64,000 nt of DNA from an uncultured Nitrospiraceae bacterium (GCA_963705105.1 CAVPIW010000006.1:896001-960000), one strand, 5' to 3'; shown: positions 9,800 through 20,244, counted from the stretch's first letter. Numbers and translations are program-made. The notes: a model not told the origin generated them from the letters alone.

Positions 9800-11959
9800 T
9801 CAGCGTCCTCTCCTGTTTTTTTGACGATCACGCCCCTTGTAGCGAAGGGGCTGAGCGCGGCCGGACAATACGTCCGTCACCCCTGCCGCCAGCGCCGCCA
9901 TCTCGAGTGAGCCTTCGTAGACGATGACGGGAGCCAGCCGGATGATGCGCCGCCGCAGTGCAGACCGCACCCAGGCACTGCGGGTCAGTCCGCCGGTCAG
10001 TACGATGGCATCGACGTCACAACCCGCCGCGACGAAGGCCTTGCCGATCTCTTTCGCTATCTGGTAGACCATCGCGTCGGCAGCGAGAAATGCCTGTTTG
10101 TCACCTGCTGCGATCCTCTGCTCGATCTCATCCATGCGGTCCGTACCGAGGTAGGAACGCAGCCCTCCCCTTTTTGTCAGCTCGGCGACCAGTTCGTCGC
10201 GGGTGAAACGGCCGGAATAGCACAGGTCGATCAATTCTCCCAGGGGAAGGTCTCCGGCCCGCTGGGGCGTAAAGGGGCCTCCGCCGAGGAGGGCGATGTT
10301 GTTGTCGACCATCTTGCCGCCCTGGATCGCCGCCACGGTGATGCCGCCCCCGAGATGGGCGACGACGAGGTTCACGTCTTCAGGCCGGCGGCCCGTGTCC
10401 CTTGCCGCCCGCCGTATCGCGGCCCGGACACTCAGGGCGTGGGACGTGCTTCGCCTGGTGATGGATGCATAGCCGGAGAGCTCCGCCTCGGGGACGAACT
10501 CATCGACGACTACAGGGTCGACGATCATCGCGGGCACGCGGAATTTTTCGGCCAGCGCGGCGGCGACAGGAGCGCCGAAGTTGCTGGCATGGGGCTTCTC
10601 CGGGTGGTCCAGCACGGCAGAAACGATCGTCTCGTCGATGACGATCCCCTCATCCCGCTTCTCGGCAACGAGATAGGCGCCGCCGGACAGTTTGCCTTCA
10701 GGCCGCGGAAGAAAGCCGCCCCGCGCCGCAATGGCGTCAATCCCGCCCTCACCCCACTGGTCTAGAAGGCCTCTGACAAGGCCGGTCAGTTCATCGACCT
10801 GTGCCTTTCGCCGTGCCGGCGGACCGCTGAGGGCGATGTCGCAGGAGACTTCCGATTCCTTCAGGCAACGGTCATTCTCATAAAGGGCGACTTTCATCGA
10901 CGTCGAGCCCGGATTGATAGCGAGGACACGATAAACTTCTGCAGCGGGTACAGCGGCGACGATCGTTTCGCGGGCCGCCTGCTTCTGCGGATTCCGGTAG
11001 GCATAGACGGCGGACAGGGCAATCGACACGATGCGCGTTTCGAGGCTGTCCGACCTTGAGAGAATGATGTACGGCACGGGAAAGCCGACGGTCATGCTTG
11101 CGAGGGACGCCTCGCCGTATTTGTTCATCGCCGATATCGCCTTATACAGCACATTGGCGGTGTCGATGCTCGGGCAGACGACCACATCGGCCTGCCCGGC
11201 CACTTCAGCGGCATTGGGGAGGTCCGGCAGTCCCTTGACGGAGACCGAATCGGGATCGGTGGCAAGGTCGAAGGACAGGGGGCCGCAGACGACGGCGTCG
11301 GGCCAGGAGCGCTTCGCCATTTCCAGGCCCATCCAGGTCGAGGGAAGAGAGGGGACCTGCTTCTCATTGGCCGACAGGATCGCCACCTTGGGTCGCTCGA
11401 TCCCCAGAACGGTCTTTGCCACGTCAACGGCGTTGCGCGTGAGATCCTGCAGCCTGCCGAAATTGCAGACCGTCGTGACACCTGCGTCAGTCATGACGAT
11501 CGGCCTGCCGTTGGCGATGCAGACGGCGTCGAAGACCGTGGCGAGGCTGACGGTGGAACGGATGGCAAGAGGGATCATATGTCTGTTGATGACGGGTGTC
11601 GAGATGCCTCCCTTCAGCACGATGTCGACGGCGCCGGACCTGATGATTTCCACCGCCGCCCGCGCCATGCTCTCGTCGTTGTCCGCGGGCACGATGTCGC
11701 CGGGGTCGACATCGATGCGGACTTCACCGACGGCCTTCTCGATGCGGTCCTTCGGCCCCACAAGGATGATCCTGTCAACGATTCCGTGGTCACGGGCCGA
11801 TTCGACGAGGCGGAGGTCGCCGACGCGGTGACCGCCGACGACGATGACCGATGTGGCCGGCAGCTTGCCGGCGACGTCGATCAGGTCAACGACCTTCTCT
11901 ATCCGATCCACCGTCGGGGGGGGCATCGGTCTGCAGATATCAGGGCACATACTGTTCAT
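9800..11959 (-). CDS. Phosphate butyryltransferase-butyrate kinase fusion
   Basis: N-half Ptb-like (LKGGIST, TDAG, GPLSFDLA, ILSRSDS); C-half Buk-like (INPGSTSMKVA, HASNFG, VDPVVVDE, AHLGGGITV, GPFTPQRAG). Confidence 0.9.
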   Translation of the reverse strand: MNSMCPDICRPMPPPTVDRIEKVVDLIDVAGKLPATSVIVVGGHRVGDLRLVESARDHGIVDRIILVGPKDRIEKAVGEVRIDVDPGDIVPADNDESMARAAVEIIRSGAVDIVLKGGISTPVINRHMIPLAIRSTVSLATVFDAVCIANGRPIVMTDAGVTTVCNFGRLQDLTRNAVDVAKTVLGIERPKVAILSANEKQVPSLPSTWMGLEMAKRSWPDAVVCGPLSFDLATDPDSVSVKGLPDLPNAAEVAGQADVVVCPSIDTANVLYKAISAMNKYGEASLASMTVGFPVPYIILSRSDSLETRIVSIALSAVYAYRNPQKQAARETIVAAVPAAEVYRVLAINPGSTSMKVALYENDRCLKESEVSCDIALSGPPARRKAQVDELTGLVRGLLDQWGEGGIDAIAARGGFLPRPEGKLSGGAYLVAEKRDEGIVIDETIVSAVLDHPEKPHASNFGAPVAAALAEKFRVPAMIVDPVVVDEFVPEAELSGYASITRRSTSHALSVRAAIRRAARDTGRRPEDVNLVVAHLGGGITVAAIQGGKMVDNNIALLGGGPFTPQRAGDLPLGELIDLCYSGRFTRDELVAELTKRGGLRSYLGTDRMDEIEQRIAAGDKQAFLAADAMVYQIAKEIGKAFVAAGCDVDAIVLTGGLTRSAWVRSALRRRIIRLAPVIVYEGSLEMAALAAGVTDVLSGRAQPLRYKGRDRQKNRRGR

Positions 11960-12042
11960 CTCCTTCTTTCACCGCCCCATGCTGAAGTTGTCGTACGGGG
12001 CGAAATTCACGTAATCGGATCATTGGTGTCCAAAAGGCCCAT

Positions 12043-12227
12043 CCTCGCGTCAAGACGCCAAGGTCGCCAAGAACGGCAAATGCACAAGTGCATAAAATCT
12101 TTTGTTAGGATGACGGTCTGTATCTTTACTTTGCGCTCTTTGCGGCTTTGCGTGAGAATAAACAATCATGCTCGCTATCAGCAAGGCTTTGAGGCGCTTC
12201 GCCCCGCCTTCTTATGCAACGGCAAGG
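12043..12227 (+). repeat. CGCCAAG/CGCAAAG short-repeat palindrome followed by the right arm (RY) of the MITE family
   Basis: caagacgccaaggtcgccaag ... ctttgcgctctttgcggctttgcg, then cagcaaggctttgaggcgcttcgccccgcc...gcaac..aagg; left end not resolved. Confidence 0.65.
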
Positions 12228-12237
12228 TTCTCAATCC

Positions 12238-14157
12238 CTATCGACCGATAAGGCAAATGGAGATCTTGTCGAAATCGTCCGCCTTCGCCCAGACGTATTT
12301 CTCCCGGAAGAGACCGTCTATCTTGCTGGGCGAGTTTTTACTCTGCCGGGCCAGAAACTTTCTAAACTGTCCGGGACCGCCGTTATACATCGCATAGACC
12401 GACCTCGCAAGGATATCCTGGTCAAGACCTCGGGCCTCCGGGCGTTTCAGCGCGTATCTGCGCATATAAAGGCTTAATATTTCACAGCCCGCCGTTATAT
12501 TGTACCGGGTGTTCCAGCGCAGGTTATCGGGCCGGTAAATGCCCCTCCAGACGCGCTCGTTGATCTGCATCAGCCCGACGGAGGTCTGGTTGTACGACAC
12601 GATAGGCCGCACTCTGTTCTTTGCACCGATGAACTGTCGCCAGCAGCTCTCCTGCCATGCAGTCGCCAGGACAAGACGCTGATACAGGGGCTGATAGGCG
12701 GAACCGATGCCTGTCCTGGGGCCGACATCAGCAGACGACCGGTCGAGGGTCTGCCTCACCCTGTCGAGGTAGCTCCCCATTTCTCCGGTCGTCAGGATCC
12801 ACTGCTTCATCTCCTCTTTCGGCGCTGATGCCTTTGCCGTCGGGGCAGGCGCGAGGAGCGATTTCTGCATGGTCCAGCCGCCGCCGGGGGTCGCATCCTC
12901 CGGAAAGAATTCCGTGAGATCCATCTCCGTCACATCCGGGGGAAGCCCGGGTTCCTCGATGACGGCGCCGAGACCGAAAAACGAGCGCAGCCCCGTGTTG
13001 ACGCCGGACGTATATTCCAAAACCGGTTCCGTCCCCGGCCCCCGCAGCAGTCGCGAAAGATCGAGAAGCCCTTCGCGGTTGACGGCAAGACCCAGGCCGG
13101 GCCCGAGGCCCCCGAGTGAAGCGAGAGCATCGGAGACGGCAAGAAAGGACAGGTAACGCGAGGGATCCTGGGACAACTGCTTCATTGCATGACGCCGGAA
13201 CAGAGGCCCGAGCTTCCGCCAGTTCTCCGCGAACTGACGCACGATGAATCCGTGATCGGCCTTTCCCTCTTCAGCCGCCTCAATGAACCCGTAGCGGGCA
13301 TCGAGGAGCGTCTCCAGGACATCGTCCCTCTCCTGCTCGGTGACGGGCTGTCCGATGAGAGATTCAATCAGGGACACTGCAAAGGAATCCCAGTCCTCCC
13401 ATACTTTAGTCAGACCGTCGATGTCCGCCGGCGTCGCGGGTTCCGGCACCGGTCCTCCCGGCGGCTCCGGTGTCTCCACATCCATCAGCAGGTCCACAAG
13501 GATCCCTTCCTGCTTCACCTGTACCTGCCCCACCCTGAGTGTGTTGACCCATGAGCCGGCTTTCTCCCTGACCCCGGGCAGGGCGAATTTCGGAAGGATG
13601 TTCTGAATTCCCTTGATCGGCGTCGCCAGATCAAGGTTCACCTTGTTCAGGTAGGGATTCACGGAGGACGTTGTCAGGTCCGAGAGAATCCTGTCAATGC
13701 CGACCTGCTTCCGGTCGGGGCTGAAGGTCTGGAATCCCTTCGTCTCCATGCCAAGACGCCCTTTTGCCTGATCGAAGACGACCTGCTGCAGCACCTCTAT
13801 GGCGCCTTCCCATTCCCCCATTTTCAGGCACGTTCCCGCGAGGGGCAGGCCCGCCTGGATCCTGATGTTGCTCGCCAGCTTGATCAGCGATTCCGCCGGT
13901 CCCACCGTCGGGTTCCAGAGCTCGATGCGGGAACATCCTCCTGCCGTATCGAGAGGAACGGCCCTCTCTCCGGGCTGCGTGAACGCCTGCCGGACAAAGA
14001 CGGACTGCAGGAAGGGATAATCAATGGACAGGGGGATGCTGACGGTCTGCCTCGCGGCGTAAACAGCCGCCGGATGGAGGAAGCACGGGGCGAAGCACAG
14101 GATCAGAGACAGCAGTATCCTCCTGATTGTAAAAAAATGGAATGCACGAAATAACAT
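12238..14157 (-). CDS. Exported lytic transglycosylase (C-terminal SLT domain)
   Basis: Signal peptide; ATAWQESCW, SVGLMQIN and YAMYNGGPG SLT motifs. Confidence 0.85.
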   Translation of the reverse strand: MLFRAFHFFTIRRILLSLILCFAPCFLHPAAVYAARQTVSIPLSIDYPFLQSVFVRQAFTQPGERAVPLDTAGGCSRIELWNPTVGPAESLIKLASNIRIQAGLPLAGTCLKMGEWEGAIEVLQQVVFDQAKGRLGMETKGFQTFSPDRKQVGIDRILSDLTTSSVNPYLNKVNLDLATPIKGIQNILPKFALPGVREKAGSWVNTLRVGQVQVKQEGILVDLLMDVETPEPPGGPVPEPATPADIDGLTKVWEDWDSFAVSLIESLIGQPVTEQERDDVLETLLDARYGFIEAAEEGKADHGFIVRQFAENWRKLGPLFRRHAMKQLSQDPSRYLSFLAVSDALASLGGLGPGLGLAVNREGLLDLSRLLRGPGTEPVLEYTSGVNTGLRSFFGLGAVIEEPGLPPDVTEMDLTEFFPEDATPGGGWTMQKSLLAPAPTAKASAPKEEMKQWILTTGEMGSYLDRVRQTLDRSSADVGPRTGIGSAYQPLYQRLVLATAWQESCWRQFIGAKNRVRPIVSYNQTSVGLMQINERVWRGIYRPDNLRWNTRYNITAGCEILSLYMRRYALKRPEARGLDQDILARSVYAMYNGGPGQFRKFLARQSKNSPSKIDGLFREKYVWAKADDFDKISICLIGR

Positions 14158-14267
14158 GGCTCCCTCGCCTCAGGCTATTTTGGACACCAATGATGTCCCA
14201 TATTGTGAATGCTATCACAAGTAAGCGCTGAAGGCAAGGGACGGCGCGGCTGTTATGCACAGCGATA

Positions 14268-14459
14268 CCTTTCGGTTGCATCGAAAGTCGGGGCGAAGCG
14301 CTCTGGAAAAAAGTGTCAGTGACAGTGTGAGTGTCAGTATAAGGTTCACTTCTTTAACCGTCAGCCTGAAATGATCCTCCTGTGAGGGTTATGGTGTCGC
14401 CGCATCAAGGTTTTCGTCGCATACACCCGCCTTTCGATCGGGCGTATGCGACGATACGT
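14268..14459 (-). mobile_element. MITE-like element, chimeric LY-RX type
   Basis: Near-identical to 20053-20244; TSD not conserved. Confidence 0.75.
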
Positions 14460-14561
14460 TAATACAGGCTACATCCCCAGCCTCCGAAGAGGGTGTATTG
14501 GACAGGTGAGGAAAGGGAAGTACAATTACTTAGGATGTCATGAGATGGGACCTCACAGGTT

Positions 14562-14652
14562 GTCATTCCCGCAACCCCGCACTTGATGCGGGGGCGTCGG
14601 GAATCCTTCTGAAAAAAGAAAAATTCAGGACGAGCCGGAATGACGGAATGAC
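14562..14652. repeat. GTCATTCCCG-type REP doublet
   Basis: gtcattcccgcaacc...gggaatcc...ccggaatgacggaatgac, similar to 3852-3919. Confidence 0.55.
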
Positions 14653-14758
14653 ATTTGGATTGAGGTTTTACGAAACGACTGCACGAATAGTCAAAATCGA
14701 GGAATCGCGGAGAACCGCTCCGGACAAGAGTGACATTGTGCGGAAAGGAGAAATTGTC

Positions 14759-15208
14759 ATGTCAGATCAGGAGAAGGAGGCCGTTGACCCCGGAGGAGAC
14801 AGCGTTGTCGAGAGCTCTGAAGAGCTCGTCGTCGTGCGGCCTCCCGCCGAGACGATGTCGAAGCAGAGGCTGCCTTACTTTATCGGCGTTTCCGAGGCTT
14901 CGGCCGGCGCAAAGGGCTTATCCATGAATCTCGTTATCATCCCGCCCGGCGGCGCCGCCGAGCCCCACCTGCACCGCGGCTTCGAATCGGCCATCTACGT
15001 TATAAGCGGACGTGTGGAAACCCATTATGGTCCGGGCCTGAAAAAAAAGACCATCACTGAGGCGGGCGATTTCCTGTTCATTCCGCCCGACGTCCCTCAC
15101 CAGCCCGTGAATCTCAGCATGACCGAACCGGCAAGGGCCATCGTGGCGCGCAATGATCCCAACGAGCAGGAGCATGTCTATTTGCTCAGCGAAAAAAAGA
15201 AGGGTTGA
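14759..15208 (+). CDS. Cupin domain protein
   Basis: IPPGGAAEPHLH and GDFLFIPPDVPHQP; start at MSDQ behind AAGGAG. Confidence 0.85.
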   Translation: MSDQEKEAVDPGGDSVVESSEELVVVRPPAETMSKQRLPYFIGVSEASAGAKGLSMNLVIIPPGGAAEPHLHRGFESAIYVISGRVETHYGPGLKKKTITEAGDFLFIPPDVPHQPVNLSMTEPARAIVARNDPNEQEHVYLLSEKKKG

Positions 15209-15426
15209 CCTTATCGTTGCAATACACTCCCGGGAAAAGCGGGGTTGGGGTGAATGCGCCGAAAACCTTGCTGCGGCGACACCTGAATCAAAACGAGAGA
15301 TGACCTATAAGCCAATGGTCGATGACACAGAGAGTGGAATCCTGAAACACGAAGCTGACAATGCGTATCGTTGCCTTCAGCAAGGCTTTGATGCGTTTCG
15401 CCCCGCCTTTTCATGCAACTGAAAGG
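15209..15426 (+). mobile_element. CCTT...AAGG MITE-like element (LY-RY), TSD TTGA
   Basis: TTGA at 15205-15208 (includes the cupin stop codon) and 15427-15430. Confidence 0.88.
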
Positions 15427-15485
15427 TTGACCATGGCGGATGCCTCGGGGCGACCTGCATCTGCCCGGTGGTATAATGATGACGT

Positions 15486-16217
15486 ATGAGCATCATTACG
15501 GCGACAGACCTCGTCAAGACCTTCGGGAACCTTCGGGCCGTTGACGGCATCACCCTTACGATCGACAAGGGGGAGTGTTTCGGCTTTCTCGGCCCCAACG
15601 GAGCCGGCAAAACGACGGTCATGAGCATCATCTCCTGCTTTATTCCACCCACGTCCGGCACGGTGACCGTTTTCGGCATGGATGTCCGCGAGGCTCCCAG
15701 TAAGATCAAAGCGAGGCTCGGCGTCATGCCCCAGGATGACAATCTCGATCCCGACCTCACCGTGACGGAAAACCTCTTCGTCTATGCCCGCTATTTCGAC
15801 ATCCCGAAGAAGAACTCCCTGCCCTCCATCAGGGAGCTTCTCGGTTTTGTCGAACTGACCGAAAAGGCCGATGCGAACATCAAGAGCCTGTCCGGCGGGA
15901 TGAAGAGGCGCCTCCTCCTTGCGCGGGCACTCATCAACTGTCCCGAGATCCTCATTCTCGACGAGCCCACAACGGGGCTCGACCCGCACAGCAGGCGCTC
16001 GGTCTGGGAAAAGCTGAAACAGCTCAAGACCTTCGGCACGACCCTCCTGCTGACGACGCATTACATGGAGGAGGCTGAACACATCTGTGACCATGTGGCG
16101 ATCATGGATACGGGCAGGATTGTGACCATCAATTCGCCCCGGTCGCTCATGGAGATCCATGGAGGCAACCTCGAAGATGTCTACCTCAAACTGACGGGGA
16201 GGTCCCTTGCAGGTTAG
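15486..16217 (+). CDS. ABC transporter ATP-binding protein (NodI-like)
   Basis: GPNGAGKT, LSGGMKRR, ILDEPT and TTHYMEEAE motifs. Confidence 0.92.
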   Translation: MSIITATDLVKTFGNLRAVDGITLTIDKGECFGFLGPNGAGKTTVMSIISCFIPPTSGTVTVFGMDVREAPSKIKARLGVMPQDDNLDPDLTVTENLFVYARYFDIPKKNSLPSIRELLGFVELTEKADANIKSLSGGMKRRLLLARALINCPEILILDEPTTGLDPHSRRSVWEKLKQLKTFGTTLLLTTHYMEEAEHICDHVAIMDTGRIVTINSPRSLMEIHGGNLEDVYLKLTGRSLAG

Positions 16218-16962
16218 ACGGGCACTCAGGGTCTGGCAGCGCCATCTGACGGTCTACACAAAACTCTACCGGTCGAGCATCGCCCTCAACTTTGTCGAGC
16301 CCGTCCTCTATCTTTCCGCACTGGGACTGGGTCTTGGCGCTTTCATCCGCGAGATCGACGGCATGCCCTATGTCAATTTCATCGCCCCCGGCATCATCGC
16401 ATCGTCATCGATGTTCTCCGCCATCTACGAGTGCACCTACGGCACATACGTCAGGATGACCTACCAGAAGACATTCGACGCCATCCTCGCCACGCCGGTC
16501 AACCTCGACGACCTCATCGCGGGGGAGCTTCTCTGGGGCGCCACAAAGAGCGTCCTGTACGGCACAATCATCATCATCGTCATCTCCCTCTTCGGGCTCG
16601 TCAGCTCTCCCCTCGTCATCCTCATCATTCCCGTCCTCTTTTTCAGCGGCCTCATCTTCGCCGAAATATCCGTCATGGCCGCCGCCATCGTGCCGGGCAT
16701 CGAATCGTTCAACTACTTCTACACCCTGCTCATGACGCCCATGTTTCTCTTTTCGGGCATCTTCTTTCCCCTCAACACGCTGCCGCCCATGGTCGCCCAG
16801 ATCGCCTTCTTCACCCCCCTCTATCATCTCGTGAACATCTGCCGCGCCCTTGCAACGGGGAGACCCCTCGCCGCGGCGGCAGACGTGGTCTGGATCGTCG
16901 TTGTTGCCGCGCTCCTGTCGCCCTACCCTTTTCGTCTCATGAGGAGAAGGATCATAAAGTGA
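16207..16962 (+). CDS. ABC-2 transporter permease (NodJ-like)
   Basis: EPVLYL, FIAPG, and PMFLFSGIFFP...PLYH ABC-2 signature. Confidence 0.9.
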   Translation: MQVRRALRVWQRHLTVYTKLYRSSIALNFVEPVLYLSALGLGLGAFIREIDGMPYVNFIAPGIIASSSMFSAIYECTYGTYVRMTYQKTFDAILATPVNLDDLIAGELLWGATKSVLYGTIIIIVISLFGLVSSPLVILIIPVLFFSGLIFAEISVMAAAIVPGIESFNYFYTLLMTPMFLFSGIFFPLNTLPPMVAQIAFFTPLYHLVNICRALATGRPLAAAADVVWIVVVAALLSPYPFRLMRRRIIK

Positions 16963-16981
16963 CACGACAGTCATGAATCAG

Positions 16982-17180
16982 CCTTGCGTGAAAAGTCGGG
17001 GCAAAGTGCCTTAACGCCTTGCTGATAGCGACATTGATCTTTGTAGGGTCTGCTCCCCGAGCAGACCGCTTCCTCGTCTTCATTACTATACGCTGTTCTG
17101 CCGGGAAGGCAGCGGCACATTCACTGACACTGAAACGGTCGTTGAATTTTTCCGGCAACCTGCGATAGGCTTAAAAAGGG
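16982..17180 (-). repeat. Degenerate MITE-family copy (RY arm) containing a GTAG-type REP hairpin
   Basis: ccttgcgtgaaaagtcggggcaaagtgccttaacgccttgctgatagcga matches the reverse complement of 12172-12220; GTAGGGTCTGCTCCCCGAGCAGACC at 17043-17067; right boundary uncertain. Confidence 0.55.
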
Positions 17181-17239
17181 CATCCCGCAATCTCTGCAAT
17201 AGTTCATGACCGGGACGGCTCACTAAAGAAGGGAGAATC

Positions 17240-18082
17240 GTGGACATCTACGAAGAGGTCCTGAGGCTGAAGAGAGCAGGCATCCCCTGCGCCCTCGCGA
17301 CGATCGTCCAGTGTGTCGGGTCGGCCCCTCAAAAGGAGGGAGCCAAAATGATCGTCAAAGCCGATGGCACCATTACGGGAACCCTCGGCGGTGGCTGCCT
17401 CGAGGCTGAGGTCATCGAGGCGGCCCGGTCAGCCCTTTCGGAAGGCACACCGCGGACGATACCCATTCAACTGACGGAAAAGCACGGGGGGCTCGTCTGC
17501 GGCGGCAAGATCCTCGTGTATATCGAACCGGTGGTGCCCGAGCCCCGTCTCGTCATACTGGGCGCCGGTCACGTGGGACAGAGACTTTCGACCCTCGCCC
17601 GCTTTGCAGGATTCCTCGTCACCGTCGCCGATGACCGCGCCGAGTACGCCAACAGCGATCTTCTTCCCGATGCGGACGAGATCGTCGTGAGCGATTTCGA
17701 TAAGGTCTTCTCTCATCTCGCAGCCGCCGGAGACACCTTTGTCGTCGTGGCGACGCGGGGACACACCCATGACCTCGAAGCGCTCAGGGCAGCCCTCGGC
17801 ACGGATGCCCGCTATATCGGGCTCCTGGGGAGCAGGAGAAAGAGGGCGCTCCTGTTCGGTATCCTCGAGCGCGAGGGGTTCAGCGCAGCCGACAGGGCGC
17901 GCATCATCACCCCCGTCGGACTTCCTATCGGCTCGGTGACACCCGAGGAGATCGCCGTAAGCATCATGGCGCAGATCATTCAGCAGAGGAGGGAAGGTGC
18001 CCCCGGCAATAGCGGCCATACTCCTTGCGGCGGGCTCATCGCGGAGGATGGGGCGGCTCAAGCAGCTTCTTCCCCTCGGTGA
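17240..18082 (+). CDS. XdhC/CoxI family molybdoenzyme maturation factor
   Basis: GTLGGGCLE, CGG, GAGHVG, ATRGH.HD, YIGLLGSRRK and TPEEIAVSI motifs. Confidence 0.92.
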   Translation: MDIYEEVLRLKRAGIPCALATIVQCVGSAPQKEGAKMIVKADGTITGTLGGGCLEAEVIEAARSALSEGTPRTIPIQLTEKHGGLVCGGKILVYIEPVVPEPRLVILGAGHVGQRLSTLARFAGFLVTVADDRAEYANSDLLPDADEIVVSDFDKVFSHLAAAGDTFVVVATRGHTHDLEALRAALGTDARYIGLLGSRRKRALLFGILEREGFSAADRARIITPVGLPIGSVTPEEIAVSIMAQIIQQRREGAPGNSGHTPCGGLIAEDGAAQAASSPR

Positions 18083-18623
18083 CAGACCGGCCGTCAGACA
18101 TTGCCTCGAAAAAATCTTCGCCGCCGGAATCGATGAGGTCGTCATCGTTCTCGGCTCCGACGGAGAGAAGATCCTGCCGGTCTGCGAAGGACTGACAGTC
18201 AAAGTGGCCTGGAACAGGATTCCCGAAAGCGACATGGCGGCATCGCTCACGGCAGGACTGGCCTGTGTCAATGAGACTGCAGATGGTGTCCTCGTCAGCC
18301 TGTCGGACCTGCCCCTTGTGACGGCCGGGACCATTACGACGATCCGGGAGGAGTACCTGAATCATCCCGATTCCATCATTATCCCTGCCTTCCGCGGGAA
18401 ACGGGGACACCCGAACCTCTTTCCCCGCCGTTGCCTGACCGGCATCGGGCCCGGCATGACCCTGAAGGACGTGAAGCTGATATACGCCGGATCGGTCAGG
18501 ACGATCGACGTCCCCGACGAGGGGATCCTCCTTGACATGGACACGATGGACGACTACCGCGTGATCTGCGACAAATTCCGTGAGCGCCTGCAGGGGGGCG
18601 CCGCCGGAGGCCCCGCACTGTGA
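17997..18623 (+). CDS. MocA-like molybdenum cofactor nucleotidyltransferase
   Basis: ILLAAGSSRRMG..KQLL, GHP and DMDT motifs; adjacent to xdhC. Confidence 0.88.
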   Translation: MPPAIAAILLAAGSSRRMGRLKQLLPLGDRPAVRHCLEKIFAAGIDEVVIVLGSDGEKILPVCEGLTVKVAWNRIPESDMAASLTAGLACVNETADGVLVSLSDLPLVTAGTITTIREEYLNHPDSIIIPAFRGKRGHPNLFPRRCLTGIGPGMTLKDVKLIYAGSVRTIDVPDEGILLDMDTMDDYRVICDKFRERLQGGAAGGPAL

Positions 18624-19744
18624 GCCTCTTTCTCATCGCCTTCTTCCTCATCTACGGGTCCATGCATCTTTATGTCTTCGTCCGTGCGAAGCGGGCCATC
18701 GGCTTTTCCCGGTGGGCAGGCATCGCCGTCGCCCTTGTCATGGCAGTCATGATCCTCACCCCCCTTCTTATCCGGCTGTTTGAGCGGGCCGGTTTCGAGA
18801 CCCTGCCGCGCATCATGGCCTATGCCGGATATACCTGGACCGGCGTCATCTTCCTCCTCGTCTGCAGCCTTATGCTCACCGACATCTGCCGCGTTATCCT
18901 GTCCCTGGCTGGAAAAGTCACATGGACCCGTCAGAGCGGGTGGACCTTTTATCTCCCCCTCGTCATTTCACTGACGGCGTCACTGTACGGGTATTTCGAG
19001 GCCCTGAACATCCACAACGATCACATTACGATCGCCTCTCCCAAGATCCCGAAAGAGAGCGGCAGGATCAGGGTCGTGCAGATCTCCGATGTTCACCTCG
19101 GCCTGATTGTGCGGGAGGAAAGGCTGCGGCGCATCCTGAAGGTCGTCAAGAATGCAGACCCTGACATCCTCGTTGCGACAGGAGATATCGTCGACGGGCA
19201 GATGGACGGGCTGGACGGCCTGTCGACCCTCCTTGCCGACCTGCGTCCCCGCTACGGAAAGTACGCCATCACGGGGAATCACGAATTCTACGCGGGACTT
19301 GAGCAGGCCGTCACATTCATCGGAAAGGCGGGATTTACGATGCTCCGGGACGATCTCGCCATCGCAGACAGCCTCATCACCATCGCCGGTGTCGATGACC
19401 CGGCGGGAAAGTCATTCCCGGGTCACAGCGGCGTCCCCGAAAAGACCGTCCTCTCCCGTGCTCCCGACGGCATGTTTGTGCTCCTCCTCAAGCACCGGCC
19501 CCTTGTGGACGCAGACGCGGCGGGTCTCTTCGACCTGCAGCTCTCCGGCCACGTTCATAAAGGGCAGATCTTTCCCTTCAGCCTTCTCACGCGCGTCTAT
19601 TACCCCAATTACGCGGGCCTGCTCCGGCTGAACGAAGGATCCTTCCTCTACGTGAACCGGGGGACGGGGACATGGGGGCCTCCGATCCGTCTCTTTGCCC
19701 CACCGGAGGTGACGGTGATCGACCTCGTTCACGGCGAGTCATAG
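18620..19744 (+). CDS. Membrane-anchored metallophosphoesterase
   Basis: N-terminal TM helices; SDVHLG, TGDIVD, GNHE and SGHVH motifs. Confidence 0.9.
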   Translation: MSLFLIAFFLIYGSMHLYVFVRAKRAIGFSRWAGIAVALVMAVMILTPLLIRLFERAGFETLPRIMAYAGYTWTGVIFLLVCSLMLTDICRVILSLAGKVTWTRQSGWTFYLPLVISLTASLYGYFEALNIHNDHITIASPKIPKESGRIRVVQISDVHLGLIVREERLRRILKVVKNADPDILVATGDIVDGQMDGLDGLSTLLADLRPRYGKYAITGNHEFYAGLEQAVTFIGKAGFTMLRDDLAIADSLITIAGVDDPAGKSFPGHSGVPEKTVLSRAPDGMFVLLLKHRPLVDADAAGLFDLQLSGHVHKGQIFPFSLLTRVYYPNYAGLLRLNEGSFLYVNRGTGTWGPPIRLFAPPEVTVIDLVHGES

Positions 19745-19764
19745 ATCCGGGGTGGACGGATTGA

Positions 19765-20050
19765 AACTTTCGTGAGAAGGCGGGGAGAAGGTGTCACCAT
19801 AACAGTCATTAAGTCACTCAGTCCTTGAGTCATTCGTGGATAGCCGAAACGAACATCCAGGAGGGAAGGCTGATGTGGTGAAAAGCCTTTCCGCTAAGAT
19901 ACCTTGTGTATCACCAGACCACACTTTGCCGTGTCTATTGATACCAGAAGCCCGTCAGGCAACAGGCGCTGAACACCTTGAGATGTCTCATCATCGCATT
20001 GGAGAGGCTTTGAACCATATCTGCCTTCCCGGCACAACAGCGTCTATACT
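19765..20050 (+). mobile_element. Degenerate MITE-family copy (LX arm plus 168-bp hairpin module 19863-20030)
   Basis: Module matches 37819-37986 and the reverse complement of 7137-7304. Confidence 0.7.
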
Positions 20051-20052
20051 GC

Positions 20053-20244
20053 AGTTGCATGAATAGGCGGGGCGAAGCGCTCTGGAAAAAGTGTCAGTGA
20101 CAGTGTGAGTGTCAGTATAAGGTTCACTTCTTTAACCGTCAGCCTGAAATGATCCTCAATGTAAGGGGTATGGTGTCGCCGCAGCAAGGTTTTCGGCGCA
20201 TTCACCCCAGCCCCGCCTTTCCGGAAAGCGTATCAACGACAAGG
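20053..20244 (-). mobile_element. MITE-like element, chimeric LY-RX type
   Basis: Near-identical to 14268-14459; ends AAGG|TTAA at the neighbouring gene's stop codon. Confidence 0.78.
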
